Shown piece after piece: positions 39,218 to 50,518 of a stretch of 64,000 bases of DNA. The translations under genes and the position numbers were made by a program. Each line of letters opens with the position of its first letter. Within the stretch, counting starts at the first letter, position 1. The stretch is from Calcarisporiella thermophila CBS 279.70 (lineage: Eukaryota > Fungi > Calcarisporiellomycota). Under the pieces are notes generated by a model. That model did no database searches and was not told the DNA's origin. It saw nothing but the letters and a program-made list of their open reading frames with translations. Location: positions 1,147,531 through 1,211,530 of the forward strand of contig NW_027192194.1 in the NCBI RefSeq assembly GCF_041956535.1. Reading direction: 5' to 3'.

Positions 39218-39293
39218 AGTTTGCAAAAAAACAATATTATTGTTTTTTTGCAAACTTGGTCCAGCTTGATATTATCAAGCTGGACCAAGTTTG
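39218..39293. repeat. Two overlapping perfect palindromes (19-1-19 and 21-1-21) with the same ATATTAT centre
   Basis: agtttgcaaaaaaacaata-t-tattgtttttttgcaaact (39218-39256) and caaacttggtccagcttgata-t-tatcaagctggaccaagtttg (39251-39293). Confidence 0.95.
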
Positions 39294-39543
39294 GGTTTCA
39301 CGCCCTACTGTGCTCGCTTTGATTGAATATTAACGCAAGTGCTTCGATGCTTGCTCGCCCGTTTTCAAGCTTGACACATGCACTTCAGTGCATAGTCACA
39401 TACCAAGCCCCGATTATCCCTTTCCATATTTCTTCTCTCTGATTCCCTGATGTCCCAATATGGAGTTCCCATTTGAGATTTTCTCACCGACTCTATGCAC
39501 TCCGTAAGCTCTTGGGCTTGAGTTTGAGATCGCGAAAAAAAAA

Positions 39544-40176
39544 ATGCAGCGTCCATCCCAGTGTCTCTTAGCAGTTATTTTACTCATCGTGACCATCTCA
39601 GCAGTTCTTGCCGTGGATGTCACCAAGGAGGGCCACAGTAACTATGGGCATGGAGAACAGGCCAAAGAGTAAATCCTATCCATGGACTTACGCGCCGATC
39701 CAATAGATTGACGACTTTTTTTATTTTCCATAGGCATGTGAAAGAACACTTGCCGCCGGGGATGGCAGAGAAGTTGAATGAAATGGATGAAAATGGTTTG
39801 TAGAGCACGTAGAGAGATCTTGGTAGCACCTAGTGGCTCATTTCCACCACTTTCTAGATGTCCTCTACTACCTGTTTACATTGCATGACTACAATAAGGA
39901 TAATCACCTGGATGGTCATGAGCTCCGGCATGTTTTGACGGACGTCGAGGAGGGCGATAATCCGCTTCCACCGCTGTCGGAAATCGATAAAACAGTGGAC
40001 CATGTGTTGCTAGAGGACGATATCGATGGGGAGTAAGTGAAGCTTCTCCTGCCTCCTTTAATTCTTCTTCTTCTCTCTCTTGGGTCCCTCTCACCTCCCA
40101 TTCTGGTCCTAGTGGCAAAATCTCATGGGAAGAATATCTGGCGAGTCAGGAGTACCACCGGGGCACAAGCGAGTGA
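39544..40176 (+). CDS. Secretory-pathway EF-hand protein, MCFD2/Ssp120-like; 4 exons
   Basis: Signal peptide MQRPSQCLLAVILLIVTISAVLA; HVKEHL; YYLFTLHDYNKDNHLDGHEL; VDHVLLEDDIDGD-GKISWEEYL after splicing. Confidence 0.85.
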
Positions 40177-40992
40177 AATCCAAGACCTTTTCCTACCTTG
40201 GTGCGTCTAGCTGGGCATCTGTATATAGGTAGGATTCCGTCTAGATTTCCCTGCAACGCGCGATCCTAATCCATACTTTTGTGACAATCGAATTCAGCTG
40301 TATACCATGGCTCAGTCTAGATGGGAAAAATGCGAAAAATGAAATGCTGGCTTGTGAGTTTATTGGGAGAGAGGGGAGGAGCGAAGAATAAAGCTACTAA
40401 TTAGAAGCTCTTATTACACGGAGAATAATAGCAATAAACTTGTCTTGTGCCCTTGAAGAATGAAAAAAAAAATTTGGGAGACCAATTCGATTAGGCCTTA
40501 TTTCGATTTAATCCAATATTCGCTTATTAACACCAGAGTACAATTGCGGAAAACTTAATATACTGTGACTCGGACGCCGCCATTTTTCCAGGTTATTTTT
40601 TTTTAGTGTCGATATAAAAGCGAAGGCGAAAATGACCAGGACATTATTTTTCTCATCCCCTCCCCTTTCTTTGGCCCATCCTCCTATAACCCTTCTTGGC
40701 CATTCGTGCCAATTCTTTTCTTTCTCCTCATACCAGTTAGTTTAAGTTGTGGAGTAATTAGGGTAAAGTCTAGCTAGAACTAGCCTTCGTCAGTTTTTTT
40801 TTTCGTATTAGCTAGTGTTGTTTTAGCTGGATTAGTCGTCGGTAGTTCTCTTAAGGTTTTCGTTAAAAAAATTAAGCGCTGCTTCATTCTCAGCACGTTC
40901 GCCCGCATTCCTCCCCACCCGTTCACCTTTCTCTCCCCTCCCCCCATTAACTCTCCACCTCGGTGGTAATTGTATATTGAATAGAACTCACC

Positions 40993-41310
40993 ATGTTCTC
41001 AACAACCCTTATGTCGTTTGGCACTCCCTCCCCCTCTCATTCCCCCAGAAATATTTCCAGACCGCGCATCCAAAAAAGAGTCCAAAACGCGTCCTTTTCG
41101 CCGTATGGACCCATCCCCGCCCACGATGACAAAGAGAACTGGGATCCAGTGAGGCGACAGTTTAGTCACTGGCGTGAGAGAAGAAGACGCGAGGGCCATG
41201 TACTGGCAAAGAAAGCTCCGCTGGCGGAAGTGACCGAAGGGATGCGAATCCCGGAGGTTCACAGTGCACAGGTCCTGGTGGGCCCCGTGCCTATCGCATT
41301 CATGCGATAA
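40993..41310 (+). CDS. 105-aa protein with KEN box, D-box-like motif and C-terminal MR tail (candidate APC/C regulator)
   Basis: CACC-ATG context; DDKENWDP, KKAPLAEVT, ...IAFMR*; TATA-like gatataaaag at about 40611; AT-rich 3' flank. Confidence 0.7.
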   Translation: MFSTTLMSFGTPSPSHSPRNISRPRIQKRVQNASFSPYGPIPAHDDKENWDPVRRQFSHWRERRRREGHVLAKKAPLAEVTEGMRIPEVHSAQVLVGPVPIAFMR

Positions 41311-41817
41311 GTCCATCTCTCCTAACCTATAAAAATATATAAAGATATATAAAGATATATATAAAGATATTTACATATAAAGACATGACATAGTAATCAT
41401 ATTGGTATATATAATGAACATTTGGATGGTGTATGTGTATAGGAACCTATAATTTATTGATTTGTGTGTACATGTATATATTACGTTTTTTTTTTTTTTA
41501 CTAAAAAGCTCATCACCCCTCCACCCTTGATTGGGATGAGCTCTATTTTACATATTGCAACATTGGGATATTTTTATTCATGCCTTTGTATTTTAGGAAG
41601 CAATGAACAAAAGATATATATATATATGACTTGTGAAATATAGGTATTTACACAAAAAACAGAGTAAATAGGAAAAGGTGGGAGGAGGGAAAAAAATTAG
41701 CATTAAGAGTAACATTAAGGCCAAGAGGAGCATAACCAAGGGATGCGGGGAATAGGAGGAGGAGGAGGAGGAGAGGGGGGAGGGGAGGGGAAGGGTGCAG
41801 GGTCAAGACCAGCTTCT

Positions 41818-42690
41818 TTACCATCCCTGCATCTGGATCCCCTTTTTCCGCATGATCGCCTCGCGTTGCCCACGCCGGTAGGCCAATACACTCAGCCCCA
41901 GCGCCAGGACACATACGGTGCCCATGGCATACCCAATTGCAATGGTCGCACGCGCACGCAAGCAGATACTTGCCCAGTTCATCCCACTCACGGTGTCCAC
42001 GCCCCCACCCTGCTGCTCGTCCTTCTTCTGGCACGCAATGGCCCGGATATCCTTGGGGTTGCCGACGAAGAGAATGGCGGAGGCGGCGTACCAGCAAGCG
42101 ATCAGCACCAGATCCACCATGGATTCCAACCACGTGCGGCAGATGGGCGCCTCTCGGCGACGAGAGCCCGTGAGCATCAGGAGGATCTCCGCAAAGGCAT
42201 AGATGCAGGTCACGATGCCCGTGCTAGTGAAGAAGTCCTGGCGAGAGGCGTTCACTTGGTCCTCGAACTCCTTGGTGGCCCGCTTGACCGAAGAGCTCGA
42301 AGTGGCGCTTAGACCCGCCGCAATCGCGGCCAAGACAAGCATCAGGATGCGGATGAGAAAGCGGGGATCTTTGGTCACATTTCGGCTGGGGGGCGGGGCG
42401 GGATCGAGGGGCCCGATGTCCGGGGCGGGCGAAGGGGAGGGAGCGTGCGATGAGCGGAGGTAATTCTTGATGTCTTCGTGGGGAGAATGGGTAGATGAGG
42501 GGGAATGAAGAGGGGAGGAGTGCGAGTTGCGCCCCATGGTTGGGGTGATTTGGAGAGCGGTGGGGGGGTAGGTGTGTTGTTGTGCAGAAGGATGCGAATG
42601 GTAAGCAGATGGTTGCGAAAGATAGTCATGCTGGGATCCGGGATACTGGGGTTCGTAGTATTGATCGGAATGAGCGTAGCGAGGGTCCAT
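41818..42690 (-). CDS. Four-TM MARVEL-like membrane protein with Pro/His/Ser-rich N-terminus
   Basis: Four hydrophobic helices (FLIRILMLVLAAIAAGL; GIVTCIYAFAEILL; MVDLVLIACWYAASAILF; CLRARATIAIGYAMGTVCVLAL) with a Cys pair in the second loop. Confidence 0.75.
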   Translation of the reverse strand: MDPRYAHSDQYYEPQYPGSQHDYLSQPSAYHSHPSAQQHTYPPTALQITPTMGRNSHSSPLHSPSSTHSPHEDIKNYLRSSHAPSPSPAPDIGPLDPAPPPSRNVTKDPRFLIRILMLVLAAIAAGLSATSSSSVKRATKEFEDQVNASRQDFFTSTGIVTCIYAFAEILLMLTGSRRREAPICRTWLESMVDLVLIACWYAASAILFVGNPKDIRAIACQKKDEQQGGGVDTVSGMNWASICLRARATIAIGYAMGTVCVLALGLSVLAYRRGQREAIMRKKGIQMQGW

Positions 42691-44001
42691 AGCTGTGTGG
42701 ATGAAGGGGCGGGTCGCCGACTAGGATATTAATGGAGAGGGAAAGCTAGCTATGGAGTAAGGGGAGAGTAGAGAGGGTTGCAGCAATCAGAGCGGATGGA
42801 CGAGGAGGCGAGAGCCATAAACACAAAGTTCAGATCACCCGCCTGCTTATTGGCCAATGAACCCTCATTAATTAAATGGGGAGCAGGAAATGGAAGACGG
42901 ATAGCAGTCACGCCCGCGTCTAATCTAAGATTAGATAAGTTTCTGTTTTATGTCCTTCACCTTCCTATTTGGTCGACGACACTTTGGAGTGTAGGGGCGA
43001 GACTCGATGACCATGGCTTCCGTGACGCGCCTTTTTGGCTGCATCTACAAGCCTTGTGTTTTTAACGGAGTTGCTCTAGACTATGGTGACTATCCCGGAT
43101 GCCATTTTGCAAATAGGCGACGGAGAAAGCTGATTGGCAGAGACGGACTATCCTCTTGTTGAACAATGCAATTGTTCTAATTTTGAACGCGGAAATGGAT
43201 CCCCCTTTTCCAGGACCACTTGAACGCTTTCTCACGTTTGGCGTATTCTCACCCTCCACTTCTTTGGGCAGCCGAAAGAGTCTGTTTAGAAATGCTGTCC
43301 TCTTGAGTTCATATTCGTGGGCGGATGGTGCACCTTGGCTCTCCCACTTCTTTACCATGCATGCATTACGTGTGGATACAGTCGCCACCCACACTTGGAT
43401 AGCCAGGGTCCCTAGAGTAAGGGGGGCTACTTTGGACATGGCTCAGCTCCACCCTGGATAAGCCATAGGACGACGACAACCTCCAAAGAAAAAAAGAAAG
43501 AAAATCTGCTTCAAGTCTAGTCGGCGAATGCTGACCATTATCGAGAAGCTCATCGCTAATATCCAAGACGATCCGGCCTGGATGCCAATGTTTGCTCTGA
43601 GGTATGATGGTGTAGGGTGAGGGGCTTGGTTTGTGAGGCTTGGTAACTCAGAAATGGCCACTACAGAGTGGCGTGGCAACGGACGCATTCTTTCCACTGG
43701 AAATGGCTCTCAGATGTTTATTCGGTTTTATAGGGGGGCATATAATACAGGCACTCCAAGTGCACAACAAACGGGGAAATAAGGGGGGAGGTAGAGAGGG
43801 GATAGAGGAAAACAAGGACGGCACAAATCGGGGCTATTGAGCGTAGAGAGAAAATAATTTACTATGAAATAAACAAGAAAAATAAACTTCAGTATGGAAT
43901 CAATGGAACGCAACTGGTGTGAGAAAGATGAAGCATAGTTGTATATATGTATATTTATAAGAGAAGATCCAGCATAGTAAGGATAAGCCATATTGATAAG
44001 T

Positions 44002-45177
44002 TCAGGATAGGATGCACAATTTTCGGCGGATGCGATAGATACATGCGCCAATCCACGTGTCGTCGTCGAAGCAGGAGACGGTAGGAATATCGCAGCCACA
44101 GACGCGACGGTGGCGCACCAGCTCTAGACTGCCCATCGTCGAGAAGCTGAGACGACGTTCACTCGTGGCGGTTGTCTCCGCGTAGGAGGACAGGCTAGGC
44201 CGGCTCGACCTAGCATCGGATTCTAGGCCTGCTTTGGAGCCGGGCGTCACGGTTTCCGTACGGTAATCGGGGTCGGGGTGTCTCGTGTTGCCCTCAAGGC
44301 CGTTGATTTGAAAAGGATGAATCCCCTCCCCCTCCTCCTCCGACCCGAGGCTCCCCTCCTCCTCGTCCTCTGTGAAAATTCCGCCTCCAAGCTGCCTGCA
44401 GCTTCTTCTTCGGGTGCACTCGGCGGTGAAAAATAGGAGAAAGTGGGATGCAATCAGCCCGCTTAGAATCAACACGGCCTCTAGGTCGGGCTCGTCTACG
44501 GTGATGAGGAATCTTCGCTCCCACTCGGCGACCTTGGTATTTTGCTCCGAGAGACACACCCATTCCCGCACATCGGTCCTCCATTTTCGCTTGGCATTGT
44601 TCGGGTACGACATCCTATCCACCACAGCCACAGGCTGGGCATAGAGAGTCTCCCAGCGATAACTCTGACCGCCCCATTCGAATTGGTAGATGTCCTCGGA
44701 TCGATGGAGAAACGCCTGGGGTGCATCGGAATCTTGTGGCTTGAGGCACCATTGGTTCCCTTCTGCCAGTTGCATTGCCACCCACTTGCCCCCGTCGCTT
44801 GTATATACCCAATTTCTCCCATCTACGATGACCCGTTTGTCGGGGCGACCAGTGTGCCCCTGCAATAGGATTTCGCCTTTTTCTAGATTGTAGGTGGTCG
44901 TGAACCCGCAGGCGGTTGGGGTCGGCGTTCTAGGCGGGGACAGCTCCAGGATGCGGTCCTCCTTCATTGGGTGGCTGGCGTGCTCTTGCTGGGCAAGCGG
45001 GTGGATCTGCGATGGGGAGATTCGTGTTGGCGAGGAGTCTGCTGAATTGGGCGGGGATATGTCATCGGTAAAGGGGTTAGGCGTGGTAGTACCGTGGGCA
45101 GCCATCATGATCGACTTTGCGGGAGGGGGAGTTTTAGGATGATCGGGAAGGGGAAGGTCATTATCCGAATCATGCAT
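44002..45177 (-). CDS. Hypothetical protein: Pro-rich N-terminus, DUF6593/Tubby-C-like central domain, C-terminal CaaX
   Basis: 391-aa ORF; YQFEWGGQSYRW...KVAEW...LEAVLILSGL pattern; ends RIRRKLCILS*. Confidence 0.65.
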   Translation of the reverse strand: MHDSDNDLPLPDHPKTPPPAKSIMMAAHGTTTPNPFTDDISPPNSADSSPTRISPSQIHPLAQQEHASHPMKEDRILELSPPRTPTPTACGFTTTYNLEKGEILLQGHTGRPDKRVIVDGRNWVYTSDGGKWVAMQLAEGNQWCLKPQDSDAPQAFLHRSEDIYQFEWGGQSYRWETLYAQPVAVVDRMSYPNNAKRKWRTDVREWVCLSEQNTKVAEWERRFLITVDEPDLEAVLILSGLIASHFLLFFTAECTRRRSCRQLGGGIFTEDEEEGSLGSEEEGEGIHPFQINGLEGNTRHPDPDYRTETVTPGSKAGLESDARSSRPSLSSYAETTATSERRLSFSTMGSLELVRHRRVCGCDIPTVSCFDDDTWIGACIYRIRRKLCILS

Positions 45178-45271
45178 CCAATTTGAATTGACGATCTTCG
45201 ATGGCCCCTCTTTTGAAGCAAGTGTAAAGGCTGGCTGCGCAGAATATGGATGGTAAAAAAATGATTTCTCC

Positions 45272-45292
45272 GATGATGATGATGATGATGAT
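45272..45292. repeat. (GAT)7 microsatellite
   Basis: gatgatgatgatgatgatgat, about 95 bp upstream of the 45177 ATG. Confidence 0.9.
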
Positions 45293-47033
45293 GGGATTAG
45301 GCCGAGAGAACAGAAACCATCAGGAAACGAGAATGGCTAGAGATCGATGGATGAAAAGATGCTCACCTCAACCTGCCTTTGATAAGGTTTTCCTATTCCG
45401 CCGCCACGACAAATAGGGATCCAACGGCGCCGTCTTGAGTATCGCACCTATCCCACCACGTTTCCCCAACTGTTGAGGGTGGGCTGGCCAGGTTTATTTT
45501 TAATCCGAACCAAGAAGGGAAGCTATGAGTCATGCACCCCTCAGTTGAAACCTTGGCGGGCTCGGAGCAAGAGGAGGCTTCTGCCGCTAGTAAGAAGAAG
45601 CCAGACAAATCAACTGGAATCAGCGGGGGAAGAAGTCACACACCCTGCCGCAATTAGGATAGCAGCACAGGCATGAGCGACGGCGGGTTTAGTTTGGTGG
45701 TGCCCAATGCGAATTCTATTTGTAACGACATGCCAAAAGCAGTCCCGAGGGTTGCGGCCACAGCGGCCTGCGAGGCTTGATAACGCTCCGGCCAATGCGG
45801 CCTCTCCAGCTGCTTGCGGCCAGAGCCGCCAATGCACCGCTGCGCACCATTTCAGGTTTTGCGGGCGGGGATCAGCCAGAGCCGACCGAGCCGGCATGGG
45901 GAGGATTGGGGGAGGGAAGCGCAGTGATTTGCATTGATAAACCTTTGCTTGAGCCTCTTGCCTTAACCAGCACGCCCATGTAAAATGCAGCGACTCTGCA
46001 GCGACTTCTCTGCCGCTCTCCCCGGGCCGGATATACCTTGCCACTCCCGACGAAAGCCCTGGCTCTGCCCAATCGCAGCCCGTGGTCATTCCAATAGGGT
46101 CACCGGTGCGGTGGTACACTGTGTTGTGCTCTGTGCTCATCCCGTCTGCTAATGTGCGGAGGAATCGTAGTTGCATCCGTGCTCCGTGTGCACCGAGCCT
46201 TATGGAAATCAGGGTTGTGGTGAGAACGCGGTCACAAAGGGGGGACTGGGGAGGGGGGGGGGGGAAGGCAGGAGCGATGGGGGCGAGAGGCGGGCCGCTT
46301 GCTCGCAACCGCCATTAGCGCTCCTGCGCCGCCCCAAGCGCGTGCGACGCTCCATGGCGGGGGTGGCGCGCTCCGGCTGCGCTGCCGCCGCGGTCCAGAT
46401 CAACGGCCGCCGTGCGGCCTTGGAATAGACCTGCAAGGCCATGCCCCCAAATAGCAAGGTTAATAATTTCCCACCGAATTATTAATCCAAAAAATTTCCG
46501 CACCCGGAGCTCCCCTATGCTAATCCGAAAAAACCTTAATGAGTTGGCCATTGAGACGTCGGTTGACACATCCTCCTTTCCTTTCTGAAACTTTCACACC
46601 TCCCGAACTACCGCTCATTAGCACAGTGGAACCGGGGAGCGATCGGTTCTGGGAGTTCGGCCTAAAAGAAAAAAAAATGATAAATTTGTTACTTTCAACC
46701 TTGTTTTGGCTGTTTCCCTAAATACTAGGCCCAAGAAGCTTCAGGCCGTTTTTTTTTTCCTCCTTTTCTCCCTCTTTTCCTTTTCCTTCTTCTCCTTCCC
46801 CCACGCTCCCGCCTCTCAGGCGCCCACACGAACCACCGCCCTTGCATGCTCCTCTCCCCTCCGCACGGCCGCTCCGCTCCATTCCCCCTAGTGTCGCCTC
46901 TCGCCCGCAGCCGCTTGCATAGACCGCCGCGCTCCTGAATTTAACTCCAACCGCAGGCCCTTGCCCTCTCCCTCGCCCGGCCCTCGCCTGACTTGTGCAC
47001 GTGCCCATTTGCCATCGGCTCATTCCATCAGGT

Positions 47034-48411
47034 ATGCAGCACCCAACGCTTCGCAAAGACCACGATGCAGCCCATGGGGGAAATGCTTTCGCAATGAACA
47101 CATTACTCACGCCCCCCCAAAACTCATTCTCCCCTCCACAGCAGTTCCCGCCGCGCCCGACCCCGCCCGCAACCGACACGCCGGCCGGGTTTGGACTGTA
47201 CGACTTGCGCGCCTGCTTCACCCCGCCCCTGCAGAAATTCATGTATCCGAGCCCGGAGCTCACCGAGTCCTCCAGCTACGCGCCCTCCGTCTCCTCCAGC
47301 GATATGATGCATCTGTCGGACCCTGCCTCCGCGCCGTTCTGGCACGACCCCTACTTCCAGCAGCAGCTGCCCGACCCGTGCCTCTTCCCGAATGCCCCCG
47401 CCGACGACCAGGTGGGGATGCTGGCGCTGCTGCCGACCCTGAACGACTCGCTCGAGGGCAAGGATGTCCGCGAGCGCGGCCCCATGCCCGCGGACAGCTT
47501 GAGATTTGTGGGCGCCTCCCCCGACGCGGCGCTGATGCCCGGCGCGCTCCCGCCCGACCCAGCCGCGAGGCCGATGCCCCCCGCCGCCCACGGCTCGGCG
47601 CGGCAGGGCGCCGTGGCGCGGGCCGTGGATCCAAACCAGGTGATCGAGTTTGTCATCAACCAGGAGGTCCTGCCCACGTCCATGCCGCCCCTCGCGTACG
47701 CCCCGGCCGCGGCGCCGGCGCGATTCCCGGAGGCAAAGGCGGGCGCCTTCCACATCGACCCGCACCACGCCATGGGCGGCACCACCAAGCTCGCCCCCTG
47801 GCCCACCCCGCTCTCCCGCTCCGGCTCCGACTCCTCCATCCACTCCAACCCCAAGCTCGCCGCCGCCCTTCCCTCCGCCACCGCCGCCACCACCACCTCC
47901 TCCTCTCAACACTCATCCGCCCCCACCGACGGCGTCCCCGTCCACGGCATCCTCCACTTCCCCACCGCCCCCCGCTCGCTCAAGCGCAGCAAGGGGGGGC
48001 CCTACCGGTGCACCCTCCCCGGCTGCAACAAGTCCTTCACCCGGCCCTACAACCTACGGTCGCACCTGCGGACCCACACAATGGAGCGCCCGTTTGCGTG
48101 CACCTACCCGGGATGCAACAAGTCCTTTTCGCGACAGCACGATCGCAACCGCCACTTCAAACTGCACAGGTAAGGCAGACTAACTCCCCGGAATTGGTTA
48201 GCTTCCTCTTTTTAATCGGATCCTCCTCCTCTCTCTGCCTCCCATCTGCAGCGGGATAAAGCCCTACGAGTGCCACAATTGCTCCAAGGCGTTTGCGCGC
48301 CAGGACGCTTTGAGCCGCCACCTACGCGTGGACACGGGCGGGTGCCTGCGTAAGCTGTCAAAGGCGGCCAAGGGCAAACTCAACGAGATTAACCTGAAAC
48401 CCCATGCATAG
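47034..48411 (+). CDS. C2H2 zinc-finger transcription factor with Crz1-like fingers; intron 48170-48251
   Basis: CNKSFTRPYNLRSHLRTH..ERPFAC...[38 protein letters not shown]. Start uncertain (47034 or 47094). Confidence 0.88.
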
Positions 48412-49370
48412 CCGTTCGGCCAAGAAGGATATAGTGTTCTAAACCAATCGTCATAATTTATCATCATATTCTTGGATAGCTTGTCTCTTTCTACCATGTA
48501 GTTTTGTTTAAAAGTTTGCTCCCTATTACTCTATATTAACTTTGCTGCTGTGTATATATTTCATATATTTTTCTTCTTCCTCCCTCTTTCTTTGCTTTCT
48601 TTGCTTAATAATCTAGGTTATTGTTTCTATTTTTTTTTTTATATTTATTCTTGTTTCTTGGTTCTATTTCATATAAAGAAAATGTGTTGTGAATGTGAAC
48701 CCGCTCGTATGCCTCCATGGGCTCTTGGGCCTATTTGGGCACAATGGCGACAGGCGAGAATCCATTTCGGACCGCGGAGCTCCCCACCCCCCCCCCCTAT
48801 TCCTCCTTTCTTGGAAGATTGCCTCATTCTCTGTCATTTCCTATGACATATGTTTAAAAACAGACATGACCGGCTTGGCGGTTCTTGGTTGGAGGATTAG
48901 GTTTTGGCCGTGACAGCTTTTCTTGAAGAATCTTAAAGTTTGCAGAGGAGTGAGCGTGGATTGAGAGGGAGGAGAGGGGAGGGGAAAGCGGATCCGCACC
49001 CACCCCCCAAGGACGCTAGCATTGACAGAGTCCAGTGTCAATAAAAGTAAACCTCGCTTGGAAGCGGGCATGACAAACTAGCCGTCAAACACAATCCATT
49101 TTGTTGCAACTGTTTTTATAAGGGGGTGATAACATAAACGGGGGAGGCGCGGAGTGGGGGAAGGTTCTAGCACCCTGTCAGGCCATGCATTTTTTTTTGT
49201 CTGTTTAAGCTTCTCGCCGGTTTATCAATGACTTTTTTACGCATGAGAAAAAGGGCGAGCCTATCTTTATAGTAGCTCAAGCTTAAGCATATTCAGCTGA
49301 TGCAATTCTAAGCTAAACGGGTTTCACACAGCATAAATAAAAATAGCCAAAACCCCCATGTGGCCAAGGT

Positions 49371-50518
49371 CTATTCCTCAAGTTGGAGCAACTCCGTGGT
49401 CATGGCCCACAGCTTCTTCGCCTGCTCGGGATCGCGCGCCACCGTGCTCGAATAAGCCACCCGGCACGACTCCCAGTACTCGCCGTTCTTCCGCCCCGCC
49501 TCGTCGCTAATCGCAGCATGGAGCGGCGTCATGGCGCCAGTCTTTAAGTCCCGGTGGGTCAGCCCCAACAGCAGTTTCGTCAGGAACAGCTGGGTGCCTC
49601 GAAATCCGTCCGCATTCCAGATGTTGCTCGCGACAAGGCCGGGGTGCACGGCATGAGCCACGATGCGGGATCCAGAGGAGCGGGCCCGGCGAGCCAGCTC
49701 GCGCGCGAAGAGCAACATGTAAAGCTTCGAGTTTCCGTAGTAGAAGGCGACCTCGTGGGGGCCGAAATCGTCCCGACCGCGAATGGTGGTCAAATCGACC
49801 TTGCCAAAGTAGTGCGCACAAGAGGCGAGGTTGACGACCCGGGCGGCCGGTGCCTTCTCCAGCGCGGGCATTAATAGATGGGTCAAAAGGAAGTGAGAGA
49901 GGTAGTTGATCTGGGTCCTATGGGAGCCAAGAGGGCGTGGTTAAAGGGGGGGGGGAAGAGGAGGAGAAGGAGGGGAGGGGGGTCTCCAATCCACACTCAC
50001 GTGCTTTCAAAGCCGTCTTCTGTCATCACGAACTTTCCGGCAGCAATGCCCGCATTATTAACCAGAATGTCCAGCGGCTTCCCCGTCTTCAAGAATCTCG
50101 CCGCCAGCTCGCGCACCGATTTGAACGAGGTCAATTCAACGGGCCATGCCTCCACATTCTGGTTCCCGGTCGACTTTCTCACCTCTTCCGCGGCATGCTC
50201 GCCACCCTCACATGCTCGGTACGCCATGATGACATGCGCTTCCATTTGAGCCAAGGCTCGCGAAATCTCGAGCCCGATTCCTAAGTGATTGCATTAGCAT
50301 CGTGGGAGTTTCTCCTTGGTTGGTCGGCGGCACTTACCTCGATTACCCCCTGTGACAAGGACCGTTTTCCCATGGAGGTTTTTTGGCTCGAGCCTCATGG
50401 GGAAGAAGTTGTCCACCAGGATTTGGTAGAAGGGCTCTGACATGAGCTTGAGCAGGTCGAAAAACCGGTAGAGATAATAAAGCATCAGGCTGCTTATATC
50501 GGCAATACACAAGGGCAT
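49371..50518 (-). CDS. Short-chain dehydrogenase/reductase (RDH12/WWOX-like); exons 50518-50338, 50280-50001, 49917-49371
   Basis: TGGNRGIG, LVNNAGI, QINYLSHFLLT, RVVNLAS, YGNSK, VHPGLVASNI. Confidence 0.93.

Noticed and set aside
41330-41385. Imperfect (TATAAAGATA)n tandem repeat, and poly-G runs elsewhere (about 25339, 33507, 46253, 51881)
   Set aside because: Simple slippage repeats; no CRISPR-like spacers or evidence of function.
43062-43700. Overlapping 100-125 aa ORFs on both strands
   Set aside because: No motifs, codon bias or splice structure favouring either strand.
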